Assembly: GCA_035516255.1 (NCBI GenBank)
Contig: DATJAL010000019.1
Span: forward strand, 22,196-86,195
From: Chitinivibrionales bacterium
GTDB taxonomy: Bacteria > Fibrobacterota > Chitinivibrionia > Chitinivibrionales > FEN-1185
DNA: 64,000 nt
Direction of reading: 5' to 3'
Shown: positions 1-9,830 of the stretch, piece after piece
Layout: every line of letters starts with the position of its first letter
Position numbering within the stretch: position 1 is the stretch's first letter
Notes under the pieces: model-generated
What the model was told of the DNA's origin: nothing
Database searches by the model: none
The model's input: the letters and a program-made list of their open reading frames with translations, nothing else
Program-made: the position numbers and the translations under genes

Positions 1-261
1 TGGCCCCCGGCTTCCGCCGCATCCCATATGTCAAGACAAACACTGCGACGGGATGCGGCGGCGATCCGGGGGCGCACCACCTCTTTGGCGCCGATACTCC
101 CATGGTTTGCAAACGTTGTTAGTGGCTGGCGATGCTGCGGTGGCAGCGCGTGCTGTACACGGTGGAAGAAGACAAGAAAGATATTGATAATTTACGAATA
201 GTCATTGACCATCCCGGCGCCCTGTTGGTAGTTTTATCATGAGGCTGGAAAAAGGAGTCCT

Positions 262-1482
262 GTGCGGATTATCGCGTCATTCATATTGCTCATCCTTATA
301 ACTTCAATAGACATTTCCTTCGCCGGATACGGCGACAAAACCAACGGTCTTCCAAACTGGCAGGAGCGCGCCATACTCGTGCTCACCAACGCCTGCAGGA
401 TGGCCCCCACCCAATACCGTGACGCCTATGTCGGCGCATATTCTATTCTTCTCCCTGAAAATTATCCCGCAGTCAAGCCGGTATATTGGAACATGGCCTT
501 GAACGAGTCGGCCCGGTTTCACGCCATAGAAATGGCCGATACCTGCGGCATGACCCACAATTCCTGCAACGGCGAATCTTTTTTAACCCGCATCCAGAAA
601 TATTACACCAAAAGTTCCACGGTCGGCGAGGACATCGCAACGGGAAACGCAACGCCGCAGGCCACCATGCAGCAATGGCTCATGGACGCAACAAACAATG
701 TGCCCGCGGTCGACAATTCCACCTGCGGCACGTCGCGCTGCGACGGTCACCGGTGGAACATAATGAACAATGGTTACCGGGAAATGGGAACAGGCTACGA
801 CTCGGGCGCGATGCAATACAAATATTTCTGGTGCCAGGATTTCGGCGGGGGAAAACCCGAGTTCGACAATCCAATAATTTCCGGCGTGCATCTGTTTCTC
901 GAAACAGGAAAAACAACATTTATGGCAAACTTTTTTGATTCACTTGGCAAGCCGCAGGACGCTGCGGTCTACATTGACAATCAGAAAACCGCATTGACGC
1001 TGCTCATGGGAGCGGATTCCGCCGGGACCTACGGCGTGGCATTGATAAAAGGCGCTGACTGCAGATATTATTATTTTTCCTTCACTGATTCGAGGGGCAC
1101 GGTGTGGCGGTATCCTGAGACCGGATATCTGGTGACGCGGGGAGAGGGGACATGTACAAGAGATTTTATTCCGCCGGAGAGCCTGAGCGTGAATAACTCC
1201 ATTTTTAAAGGTATGTCAGGATATTCCGGAGCAAGGGTTACGATAAAGAAAAACGTTTTGACGGCATTTTTGATGGGTCATGAATCGAAAATTCTCCATA
1301 GTTCAATCTTTGATGTGCGGGGCAGGAAGCTGGGTGATATCATTTGGAAAATGGATGACGGTAAATCAACGTATCAAGCAAACATTGGCCAGATACTTCC
1401 CGGTGGAGTCTATTTTGTAAATAGCTCTTTTTCTGACGGAATATCCATTTCACAAAGGCTCGAAGTGATTGGAAAAGAGTAG
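262..1482 (+). CDS. Secreted CAP/SCP (PR-1-like) domain protein with Por/T9SS-type C-terminal tail
   Basis: GTG start shortly after AAAGGAG. Signal peptide IIASFILLILITSIDISFA. CAP-like blocks ALNESARFHAIEMADTCGMTHNSCNG and DGHRWNIMNNGYREMGTGY. C-terminal beta-sandwich tail containing GGVYFVNSSF, as in T9SS CTDs. Confidence 0.75.
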   Translation: MRIIASFILLILITSIDISFAGYGDKTNGLPNWQERAILVLTNACRMAPTQYRDAYVGAYSILLPENYPAVKPVYWNMALNESARFHAIEMADTCGMTHNSCNGESFLTRIQKYYTKSSTVGEDIATGNATPQATMQQWLMDATNNVPAVDNSTCGTSRCDGHRWNIMNNGYREMGTGYDSGAMQYKYFWCQDFGGGKPEFDNPIISGVHLFLETGKTTFMANFFDSLGKPQDAAVYIDNQKTALTLLMGADSAGTYGVALIKGADCRYYYFSFTDSRGTVWRYPETGYLVTRGEGTCTRDFIPPESLSVNNSIFKGMSGYSGARVTIKKNVLTAFLMGHESKILHSSIFDVRGRKLGDIIWKMDDGKSTYQANIGQILPGGVYFVNSSFSDGISISQRLEVIGKE

Positions 1483-2155
1483 CAGTGTGGTCTGCAAGCA
1501 TTTGAAATGTCAAATAATTTTTATCAGTATAATTGCCATTTTTCAATATATTTCCGCCGCTGATTCTTCATGGTATCTTCCGATAAAACTTCACGACCGC
1601 CAGTCCCTTGAAAACGTCAAACTGACGCAGATCGGCCCGTTCGGGCTGGTGAGAAAGGCCCGGCCCGGCGTGCCGTCGCATTTACACACCGGAATAGACT
1701 TTAGGCGGCCTTCAGACAATTACGACGACGAACCAGAATACCCGGCCAGCCGCGGCGTGGTGATCAGCCTCAGGAGCGACGGTCCGTTCGCCCAGATCAT
1801 CGTCGAGCATCGGTTGAACGACAGCGTGAAAGTATGGACCGTGTATGAACACATTGCCGGAATTATGGCAACTTTAGGAGATACTGTTTCGCCGGATAAG
1901 CCCATGGGTCGATTCATGACAAAGAAGGAACTGGACAAATACGGCTGGCAGTTTGATCATCTGCATTTTGAGGTGATGAAGAAGTCTCCGGTGGTTTTGA
2001 AGCCTGAACGACGGAATCCGTTCAGGAGGTTTAATACCTATGCGCTGACGTGCTATACGAAGAAGGAATTGGATAAAGTGTATTATGATCCACGGGAATT
2101 TTTAAAAAGTATCTGGCGCAGGGCTTCCTTATCAGATGATGACAAGATGAAGTGA
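1469..2155 (+). CDS. M23/LytM family metallopeptidase
   Basis: Zinc-ligand motifs HLHTGIDF (HxxxD) and FDHLHFEV (HxH). Hydrophobic N-terminus. Start uncertain (TTG 1469, GTG 1487 or TTG 1502); it overlaps the previous stop. Confidence 0.8.
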   Translation: MEKSSSVVCKHLKCQIIFISIIAIFQYISAADSSWYLPIKLHDRQSLENVKLTQIGPFGLVRKARPGVPSHLHTGIDFRRPSDNYDDEPEYPASRGVVISLRSDGPFAQIIVEHRLNDSVKVWTVYEHIAGIMATLGDTVSPDKPMGRFMTKKELDKYGWQFDHLHFEVMKKSPVVLKPERRNPFRRFNTYALTCYTKKELDKVYYDPREFLKSIWRRASLSDDDKMK

Positions 2156-2280
2156 AAATCTTCCTTTATTGAATTCCATCAAGATACCGGCCTTTCAAGC
2201 AGCAATATATTTTTACTACCAATGTAATGTCTCTCGCCCCTCAAACGTTATAATTTGCAGCAACCTTCAGGAGCCCCGGA

Positions 2281-3345
2281 ATGATCATCCATCTTTCCAA
2301 AGACGCCACGCCGCAGGACGTTCAGGAAGTCGTCAACCGAATCCACGCCGCCGGGCTCAAGCACGAAAACCTGCACCCGACCACTCGCACCACGCTCATC
2401 GGAGTCCTCGGCGACACGAGCGGAATCGAGGAAAGTTATTTCCTCGAATTGAGCGGCGTGGAAAAGGTGATACGCATATCGCGGCCGTACAAGCTCGTGT
2501 CGCGCGAATTTTCGAGCGAATCTAAAATTATTTCCGTTGGCGACGTAAAAGTCGGCGGCGATAAACCGGTGCTCATGGCCGGACCGTGCGCGCTGGAAAA
2601 TGAGCAGCAGGTCGAGACGATTGCGAAGTACATTGCTGACCAAAAAATTCCGATCATGCGCGGTGGCGCGTACAAGCCGCGCACGTCTCCGTACGCCTTT
2701 CAGGGAATGGGCGTGGGGGGGCTCAAGCTGCTTGCGCAGATGCGGAAAAAATACGGGCTTAAGATCGTGACCGAGGCGACCGGCCTGCACCGCCACCTGC
2801 GGCCCGACGGCAGCAGGGAAGAAAAGAACGTGCTTGAGAACGTGATAGAATACGCGGACATCATACAGGTGGGCGCGCGCAACATGAAGGCGTACGGCTT
2901 TTTGCAGGAGCTCGCGATATTGACAAAAGACAACAAGAAGCCCATCCTGCTCAAGCGCGGCGAATCGTCCACGCTCAAGGACTTCCTTCTCGCCGCCGAG
3001 TATCTCGTGGCCAATGGTAACCCGAACGTGATCATGTGCCTGCGCGGCATCCGGACGTTTGAAGAGGAGAAATTCCAGCGCTACACCGCGGACATCGGCG
3101 CGATACCGGTGCTCAAGAAGGAATCGAACCTGCCGGTCATGTTCGATCCGTCGCACGCAACCGGCTTCAAGGCAAATGTCTACGCGCTGAGCATGGCGGC
3201 AATTGCGGCCGGCGCGGACGGGCTCATCATCGAGACACATAATGATCCGGCCCATGCCCTATGCGACGGCGAACAGTGCGTGACCAAGGAACAGCTGGAA
3301 AAAATAAAAGAGGACGCGGAAAAGATAAGAGGAGCGCTTTCTTGA
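2281..3345 (+). CDS. aroF: 3-deoxy-7-phosphoheptulonate (DAHP) synthase, type I-beta with N-terminal regulatory domain
   Basis: GPCALENEQQ..IMRGGAYKPRTSPYAFQGMG, KRGESST, FDPSHATG and GLIIETHNDP blocks typical of KDO8P-like DAHP synthases. An extra domain of about 80 aa sits at the N-terminus. Confidence 0.9.
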   Translation: MIIHLSKDATPQDVQEVVNRIHAAGLKHENLHPTTRTTLIGVLGDTSGIEESYFLELSGVEKVIRISRPYKLVSREFSSESKIISVGDVKVGGDKPVLMAGPCALENEQQVETIAKYIADQKIPIMRGGAYKPRTSPYAFQGMGVGGLKLLAQMRKKYGLKIVTEATGLHRHLRPDGSREEKNVLENVIEYADIIQVGARNMKAYGFLQELAILTKDNKKPILLKRGESSTLKDFLLAAEYLVANGNPNVIMCLRGIRTFEEEKFQRYTADIGAIPVLKKESNLPVMFDPSHATGFKANVYALSMAAIAAGADGLIIETHNDPAHALCDGEQCVTKEQLEKIKEDAEKIRGALS

Positions 3346-4334
3346 GTATCGTCGCTGAATTCGCCCGCCAGCTGCATGAATCGTTTCCGTGCGAAAAAGG
3401 CATGGAGCTCACGCCGCTTGACTATCCTTCAAAAGGCGGGAGCCTCGCGGACATCAGGGTGGCGCTGTTTGACGTGTACGGCACGCTGGTCAATTACTGG
3501 AAAAGGGTCTTCGCAACCGAGGCAGGCAGGCAGCATGCCGTGCTCGCCGCATTTGACAAGGTGATAGACCGTTTCGGGATCAAAAAATATCTTGTCGAGA
3601 TGAACCCGGACGAACCGCCGGAAAAGACGCTGAGCGACCTGTACCACGGACTCATCTCGCTCAAGCACGGCCTTGCCGCGGAAAAGAACATCGAGTTTCC
3701 TGAAGTCAGGATCGAGGATATTTGGGAGGCCATTCTCCTCATGCTCGAGCGCCACGGCTATGATCCGTCGGGCCTGGCGCTCGGCAAAGGGTCTGATTTT
3801 CTACGGTGCATGGCCTACTGCTATAATTTCTTCGCGTTCAACCGCGGGTTGTATCCCGGGGTCGCGGACGCGCTGCAGCGGCTGAAGGAAGAGAACATCC
3901 TTCTTGGCATCTTGTCAAACGCACAGTTTTACACGCCCATTGATCTTTCGCTTTTTCTTCGTGATCAGAGCAACGGCGATATCGACGACTATTCGCGGCT
4001 GTTTGAACATGATTTTGTCTTTTTCTCATTCGAGTATGGTGTTTCAAAGCCCAACAGCCTGCTTTTTCGAAAACTGTTCGACGCCCTGTACCAACATCAG
4101 ATCCTGCCGTCCCAGGCGCTGCTGGTAGGCAATGATTTGGTGTCTGATATCAAGCCGGCGCAGGAGGCGGGCATGAAAACCGCGTTTTTCACCGGAGACA
4201 ACAGGTGCGTGTTTACGCACGGGAGCGATTGGACAATTATCCCTGATATTTCGTTTACTTCATGGAACGATGTGAGCCGTCGGGTCACGTTTTATTCAAA
4301 AGCCGAAAACGGGGCAACGAAAGGACTGGCATAA
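3342..4334 (+). CDS. HAD superfamily hydrolase
   Basis: Motif I ALFDVYGTLV (DxYGT). Later LGILSNAQ and VGNDLVSDIKPAQEAGMKT blocks. TTG 3342 overlaps the aroF stop; ATG alternatives lie further in, so the start is uncertain. Confidence 0.7.
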   Translation: MSIVAEFARQLHESFPCEKGMELTPLDYPSKGGSLADIRVALFDVYGTLVNYWKRVFATEAGRQHAVLAAFDKVIDRFGIKKYLVEMNPDEPPEKTLSDLYHGLISLKHGLAAEKNIEFPEVRIEDIWEAILLMLERHGYDPSGLALGKGSDFLRCMAYCYNFFAFNRGLYPGVADALQRLKEENILLGILSNAQFYTPIDLSLFLRDQSNGDIDDYSRLFEHDFVFFSFEYGVSKPNSLLFRKLFDALYQHQILPSQALLVGNDLVSDIKPAQEAGMKTAFFTGDNRCVFTHGSDWTIIPDISFTSWNDVSRRVTFYSKAENGATKGLA

Positions 4335-7300
4335 TGGCAAAGGCACGGATGGCGGTTGCGGCATTGTGGTGCATGGCTGTTGCGGCGGCCGGCGGACAGC
4401 CGGAGATATTCTCCTTTACCGATTCCCTCGGCGCGATTGACGCGCTTCCGGCAGCGCTGCTGCGGGGCGCGCAGGAGGCCTATACGGTCAACATGAAAGG
4501 CCTTGACGCGCTTGAACGGGACAATCTCGACAGCGCCGCCCTGTGTTTCTCCAAGGCAATGTCGCTGCTCCCCAACTACACCGACGCGCGGAACAACATG
4601 GGCGTGGTTCATTTCAGAAGGGGCAACATCACCCAGGCGGGCATGCTGTGGAAGGCGATCACCGAAAGCGATCCGACGTATTCGATAGCCTATTACAACC
4701 TCGGCGTCATTGAGTTCCATAAAAAGAACTACCAGGCCTGTTGTCTGGAGATGCAGAAGGCGGTTTCGCTCAACAAAAAATTCGTCGAGGCTTTTCTCAT
4801 GCTCGGCCGGGCCGAGCTCATGCTTGACAAACCCAAGGACGCGCTGGAGCATTTCAAGGCAGCGAACCGCGCCGCACCCGAGAGGTCCGAGACGTGGCAG
4901 TTTCTATCGTACGCCTATGTTCACGCGGGCGACACGGCGGCGGCGCTTTCATTTCTCACCAAGCACCAGGACAACGCGGCCGCGCTCAAGATGCTGGGCG
5001 AAATAGAGGCGTCACGCAAGAATTACAAAGCGGCTTCCGGTTATTTTTCAGATGCTGTTTCCAAGGGCGGGAACGCGGACCAGCTCCTTGACCTTGCCTC
5101 GTCGCAGATTGACGGCGGCAACTGCAAGGAGGCGCTCGCCACGCTTAAGCTGTACGCCTCAAAGGTGTCGGTCCAAGCGGCCGATGCGTACCTGTTTTCG
5201 GGGATCGCGGCAAAAGACTGCGGCGACATCACCGGCGCAAAGGCCTATTTCGAAAAGGGGATCGCCCAGTATCCGAACGACGCGATTTTACGCTATAACC
5301 TCGGCCAGATCTATTTCCACCTGAAGCAGTTCGACCAGGCGGAAGCGATGTGGAACGCGGTGAGCGATTCACTCAACGACCCGTCGCTGTATTACTTGCG
5401 CGCCCTCAACGCGCGGCGCAGGGGCAACCTCGACCTTGCCGAGACATACGTGCGCAACGCGCTGCGGCGCGACGAGCGCGCCGAATACCTTGATCTGCTC
5501 GGCATTATCCTTTACACAAAGGGGAAGAAGGACGAGGCTGCCGAGAGCTTCAAGAAGGCGCTCAGGCTTGATCCCGAACTGCGGTCGGCGCAGCTCAACC
5601 TCGCGCTCATCACCCAGAGCAAGGACGAGCTCGAAAAGGCGGCGATCGAAACCGAGAAAAAACGCGCCGAGTGCCGCAGCAAATGCCAGGACATCTCGCT
5701 CGAGCTTGCGATCCTGTATTATCATCAGGGACTGCTCGACAAGGCCGCCAACCTGCTCGAAACCTTGCCCGACGGCGAGAAGAGCGAGCGCATCTTCCGT
5801 CATCTCGCCCTGTTTTACCGGGACCTTCATGAATGGGACAAGGCGATAAAAACGCTTGAAAAGGCGAAAACGTTTTTCGTACTCGACGCGCAGACCGAAT
5901 ACGAACTCGCCGAGGATTATCTTTTTTCAGGCAACAACCAGAAAGCGATTGAGGCGCTTACCAACCTTATTGCAAAATGGGACCAGAACCCCTGGCGCAT
6001 CTTTTACCAATTGGGCTATGCATACATGGAATTAAAGGAATTCGAGAAGGCAAAAAATTACCTGCAGCAAAGCTTAAAGAAGAAACCGGACAACCTTGCC
6101 GCACAGGGACTTATGGCTTACATTCTTAATGCCGAAGGCGACGTAGCGCAGGCAAGGAGTTTATGGGAGAAAACCTTAAAAGAAGACCCGAATAATTTTA
6201 CCTTGATGATCAACATGGGCCTTTCTTTGGAAAAAGACGGGAAGTATGACGAAGCGCTTCAATATTATCAGAAGGCACAGATGCTTAAAACCGGCGATAA
6301 TGCGCTGCAGATCAATATTGGCAACGTGTACAGCGGCATGGAGAAAAACCACGAAGCGTCACAGGCGTATGCCATTGCGTTGAATTCGTCCAAGCGCAAC
6401 CTGGCCGCGTACGATCTTTTTCTTCTTGCGCAGAAGACGGCGAGCGAGACACAGATGCAGGAAATGCTGGCCATCCTTAATAACGAATTCTCAGGCTCGG
6501 ATTACACAAAACGCGCCCAGGCAGAGATGCTGTTATGGAAAAAGGACACGGTGCAGGCGCTTGCCAAATTGGAGGCGCTGCCGTCGAAAGATCCGGGCGA
6601 CTGGATCACGCTCGCCAAGGTGTACACCGCCAGAAAAAACTTCGCAAAGGCGTCGCAATGCCTTGACAAGCTGCCGCAGGACCCGTACTGGGAAAAGGCG
6701 CGCACCGGCGTCAAGGCGCAGATGGATTTCTTTTCCGGCAATTACGCGGGCGCGCTCCTGGGCTGGAAAAGCCTCGGCGATTCGGGCTTCCCCGTGCAGT
6801 ACAACATGGCGGTCGCGGCGTTCAACGCAAAGGAATACAACGAGGCAATTGTCATAGGGGAAAAAATCGTGGCAAAGGCGCGCGGCGACGACCGGGCCGA
6901 CGTGTGCAGGCTCGTGGGCAACGCTGCCATGGGCCTCAAGCAGTGGAAAAAGGCACTGCAGTGGTACCAGCAGCTTGAAGACGTCAAGCGGGGAGATCCT
7001 CTTGTCGAATACAACCTTGCCGTCATCAGCTACAATCTCGGCAGCATGGAGGAATCGTGGACGTATTACCAGAAGGCGCGGCAACTCGACCCGAAACTCG
7101 AGAACAAGGACATCGAAAAGCGGTACCAGAGCATCCATCCGGAAAGCGGCGCCGCCGCGCAGGTGATGGATTCAACAGACCTCTGGTACAACGCCGCGAT
7201 AACGCTGCAGGACAGCGGAAAGGACACCGCCGCAGAGGCCGCGTATAAAAAAATTCTAGATAAGAATCCGGCGTATTATCATGCCTGGAACAACCTGGGC

Positions 7301-7537
7301 GCGATCTATTCGGGAAGGGGGGAGCTGCAGCAGGCCGTGGATTGTTACCTCAAGTCAATCGAGAAGCAGCACGACATTCCCGAGGCGTACGCCAACCTGG
7401 TGAATGTCTACGTGGCAATGGAGAATTTCAAGGAAGCGCAAAGGTGGATCGTCAAGGGCAGGGGCCACAATCCCGACAGCCAGATCCTCAAGGATCTTGA
7501 GGTGAAGGTGAAGGAGTTGGCGAAAAAGAAAAAATAG
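4334..7537 (+). CDS. Large secreted tetratricopeptide (TPR) repeat protein
   Basis: ATG 4334 overlaps the preceding TAA (ATAATG). Signal-like MAKARMAVAALWCMAVAAAGG. Dozens of 34-aa TPR-like units (A..YYNLG..Y....Y..A...) across about 1067 aa. Confidence 0.85.
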   Translation: MAKARMAVAALWCMAVAAAGGQPEIFSFTDSLGAIDALPAALLRGAQEAYTVNMKGLDALERDNLDSAALCFSKAMSLLPNYTDARNNMGVVHFRRGNITQAGMLWKAITESDPTYSIAYYNLGVIEFHKKNYQACCLEMQKAVSLNKKFVEAFLMLGRAELMLDKPKDALEHFKAANRAAPERSETWQFLSYAYVHAGDTAAALSFLTKHQDNAAALKMLGEIEASRKNYKAASGYFSDAVSKGGNADQLLDLASSQIDGGNCKEALATLKLYASKVSVQAADAYLFSGIAAKDCGDITGAKAYFEKGIAQYPNDAILRYNLGQIYFHLKQFDQAEAMWNAVSDSLNDPSLYYLRALNARRRGNLDLAETYVRNALRRDERAEYLDLLGIILYTKGKKDEAAESFKKALRLDPELRSAQLNLALITQSKDELEKAAIETEKKRAECRSKCQDISLELAILYYHQGLLDKAANLLETLPDGEKSERIFRHLALFYRDLHEWDKAIKTLEKAKTFFVLDAQTEYELAEDYLFSGNNQKAIEALTNLIAKWDQNPWRIFYQLGYAYMELKEFEKAKNYLQQSLKKKPDNLAAQGLMAYILNAEGDVAQARSLWEKTLKEDPNNFTLMINMGLSLEKDGKYDEALQYYQKAQMLKTGDNALQINIGNVYSGMEKNHEASQAYAIALNSSKRNLAAYDLFLLAQKTASETQMQEMLAILNNEFSGSDYTKRAQAEMLLWKKDTVQALAKLEALPSKDPGDWITLAKVYTARKNFAKASQCLDKLPQDPYWEKARTGVKAQMDFFSGNYAGALLGWKSLGDSGFPVQYNMAVAAFNAKEYNEAIVIGEKIVAKARGDDRADVCRLVGNAAMGLKQWKKALQWYQQLEDVKRGDPLVEYNLAVISYNLGSMEESWTYYQKARQLDPKLENKDIEKRYQSIHPESGAAAQVMDSTDLWYNAAITLQDSGKDTAAEAAYKKILDKNPAYYHAWNNLGAIYSGRGELQQAVDCYLKSIEKQHDIPEAYANLVNVYVAMENFKEAQRWIVKGRGHNPDSQILKDLEVKVKELAKKKK

Positions 7538-7912
7538 ACAAATAAATAGTTGTGCCTTTTGACCGGGGAGGTCTCCCCCTGGGGTGCTCCCCGCGAAGCG
7601 GGGGAAGGCCCAGATTCAATGTAAAAACATCTAGAAAGAATAGTTAACATGAAATCAACCGACAACCGTTACCGTCCCCCCAGAATCCGCTATGCGCTTG
7701 ACAATTGGACCAGAAAGAAAATCCGAACCGACAAGAACGCCCAGCTCGGCAAGCAGGCCTTCGGCTTCGGTAAAAAGAAAAAGGGGAAATCATAGGCCGG
7801 TGGTTGTTTCAATTATTTTTCCTCTACTGGAAATCCCGTCCTGTCCTGATATAAATTTTTACCTGATACTGCCTCATTGAACCCTGTGCCCTGGGGATTG
7901 GAGGAGGGGACA

Positions 7913-9241
7913 ATGGACTTCATGGATTCCGTTCTCATCATCGGCGGCGGCGGCCGGGAGCACGCGATGTTGAAGGCGCTGCTTCGGTCTGACCGTCCGC
8001 TGTTCATCCACGCCTATCCGGGCAACCCCGGCATGGAAAACGACGGCTGCACCATCGTCGACCAGAAGATCGGCAACTGGGGCGATCTTGCCGAGTGGGT
8101 TGACAAGAATGGAATTGACCTCACCGTGGTCGGGCCCGAGGCACCCCTCGTTGAAGGCATCGTGGATGTGTTCAGGAAAAAAGGCCGCGCGATATTCGGC
8201 CCCACCAAGAAGGCCGCGCAGATCGAAGGAAACAAGTCGTTCGCCAAGAAGTTCATGAAAAAATATGATATTCCCACGGCCGCATTCTCGGTGTTCACCA
8301 ATAAGCATGACGCCGCCGCATACGTCAAAAAGCAGGGCGCGCCCATCGTGATAAAGGCGAGCGGCCTTGCCGCGGGCAAGGGCGCCATCGTGTGCGAGAC
8401 CCTCAAGGAGGCAAACGACGCCCTTGCCTCCATGTTCGACGACAAGGCATTCGGCGAGGCGGGCGAGACCGTGGTGGTCGAGGAGAAAATGACCGGCGAA
8501 GAGGCCTCGGTGTTCGTCTTGTCAGACGGGAAAACGTACAAAATCCTGCCCGTGTCGCAGGACCACAAGCGCATCGGCGACAACGACACGGGTCCCAACA
8601 CCGGCGGCATGGGCGCCTACGCGCCGTGCCCGCTGGTCGACAAAAAGATGCTCGCCCGGATCGAGGAAGAGATCGTCGCGCCCACGCTCGACGGCATGAA
8701 AAAAGAGGGCGCGCCGTACCAGGGCCTGCTGTACGTGGGCATCATGGCGACCCTGGACGGCCCCAAGGTCGTGGAGTACAACTGCCGCTTCGGCGACCCG
8801 GAAACGCAGGCGGTGCTGCCTCTTGTCAATTGCGACTGGTTCGAGGTGTTCTACGCGTGCGCGACCGGCAGCCTCGCGTCGGTTGAGTTGGCGGTGAGGC
8901 CCGAATACTGCGTGTCGGTGGTACTGGCGTCAAAGGGCTATCCCGGCAAGTACGAGAAAGGGAAAGTGATCGAAGGCATCGAAAAGGCCGAAAACCATAA
9001 GAGCAACGTTGACGTGTACCACGCCGGCACCGCTCTTAACAAAGAGGGAAAGTTTGAAACCAACGGCGGCCGTGTGCTCTCGGTGAGCGCGTGGGCCGAA
9101 AGCTTTTCGGATGCGATCGCGGAAGCGTACGAGGCGGTGGGAAAAATCAATTTCGAGGGAAAGACCTTCCGGAAGGACATCGCGGCAAAAGGAATGGCGA
9201 GGCTGAAGAATAAGGCGATGCAAGCGGTGGCTGCCAGATAA
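7913..9241 (+). CDS. purD: Phosphoribosylamine--glycine ligase
   Basis: AGGAGGGG RBS then ATG 7913. VLIIGGGGREHAM, ATP-grasp blocks VIKASGLAAGKG, EEKMTGEEASVF, NTGGMGAY and NCRFGDPE. Confidence 0.93.
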   Translation: MDFMDSVLIIGGGGREHAMLKALLRSDRPLFIHAYPGNPGMENDGCTIVDQKIGNWGDLAEWVDKNGIDLTVVGPEAPLVEGIVDVFRKKGRAIFGPTKKAAQIEGNKSFAKKFMKKYDIPTAAFSVFTNKHDAAAYVKKQGAPIVIKASGLAAGKGAIVCETLKEANDALASMFDDKAFGEAGETVVVEEKMTGEEASVFVLSDGKTYKILPVSQDHKRIGDNDTGPNTGGMGAYAPCPLVDKKMLARIEEEIVAPTLDGMKKEGAPYQGLLYVGIMATLDGPKVVEYNCRFGDPETQAVLPLVNCDWFEVFYACATGSLASVELAVRPEYCVSVVLASKGYPGKYEKGKVIEGIEKAENHKSNVDVYHAGTALNKEGKFETNGGRVLSVSAWAESFSDAIAEAYEAVGKINFEGKTFRKDIAAKGMARLKNKAMQAVAAR

Positions 9242-9244
9242 AGG

Positions 9245-9349
9245 GCGACAAAGACGCAAAGAAACAAGGTGACAAGGTGAAAAAGCTTTCAATCAGGCGT
9301 CGTTTATTGTTTTTGACTTTGTAGCCGTGTATCTCTGTCGCATTGCATC
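9245..9349. repeat. Intergenic imperfect palindromic element carrying a conserved 38-nt right-arm motif
   Basis: Left arm GCGACAAAGACGCAAAGAAACAAGG is roughly complementary to the right arm. The right arm TTTGACTTTGTAGCCGTGTATCTCTGTCGCATTGCATC (9312-9349) is near-identical to 22103-22140. Confidence 0.6.
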
Positions 9350-9365
9350 TTTTTAAGGAGTTTCC

Positions 9366-9830
9366 ATGGCCGGGATAAAAGTCGCAATCGTCATGGGGTC
9401 GAAATCGGATAAGGAGCATGCCGAAAAGGCCGAGGCGGTTCTCAAGGAATTCGGCATCGACTTTGAGACCTTTGTCATTTCAGCGCACCGCAACCCGAAC
9501 AAGATAAAGAAATTCGCGAAAAGCGCGGAGGAAAACGGGTTTGGGGTGATCATCGCCATGGCCGGCCTTGCCGCGCACCTGCCGGGTGTTGTGGCGAGCC
9601 TCACGGTCTTGCCCGTCATCGGCGTGCCCATCGACGCGGGCCCGCTCCATGGAGAAGACGCGCTGTTCTCGATCGTGCAGATGCCGCCGGGAATCCCGGT
9701 GGCGTCGGTGGGCATCGGCAACGCAAAGAACGCCGCGCTTCTTGCCGCGCAGGTGCTGTCGGTCCACAACATGAAGCTCCGCGATAAAATGAAGGAATAC
9801 CGGAAGCAGTTCGGGGACGATCTTGACTGA
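9366..9830 (+). CDS. purE: 5-(carboxyamino)imidazole ribonucleotide mutase
   Basis: VAIVMGSKSD, AGLAAHLPGVVAS.T..PVIGVP and SIVQMPPGIPVA blocks of PurE. AAGGAG RBS upstream. Confidence 0.93.
   Translation: MAGIKVAIVMGSKSDKEHAEKAEAVLKEFGIDFETFVISAHRNPNKIKKFAKSAEENGFGVIIAMAGLAAHLPGVVASLTVLPVIGVPIDAGPLHGEDALFSIVQMPPGIPVASVGIGNAKNAALLAAQVLSVHNMKLRDKMKEYRKQFGDDLD

Noticed and set aside
2248-3255. 335-aa minus-strand ORF antisense to aroF
   Set aside because: A shadow ORF in a GC-rich gene. The product is Arg/Val/His-rich with no motifs, whereas the plus-strand product has unambiguous DAHP synthase blocks.
7545-7615. Possible ZTP (pfl) riboswitch upstream of purD, suggested by ACCGGGGAG and CCCCCTGGGG strings
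   Set aside because: Only a loose resemblance to the CCGGGGAGC and CCGCCTGGGC cores that I remember, and the 5' pseudoknot half is not evident. The strings are fully explained by two simple GC hairpins (GGGGAG/CTCCCC and CCCCGC-GAA-GCGGGG) after the TPR gene stop. A 300-nt gap with a possible small ORF separates them from purD. An Rfam scan would settle this.
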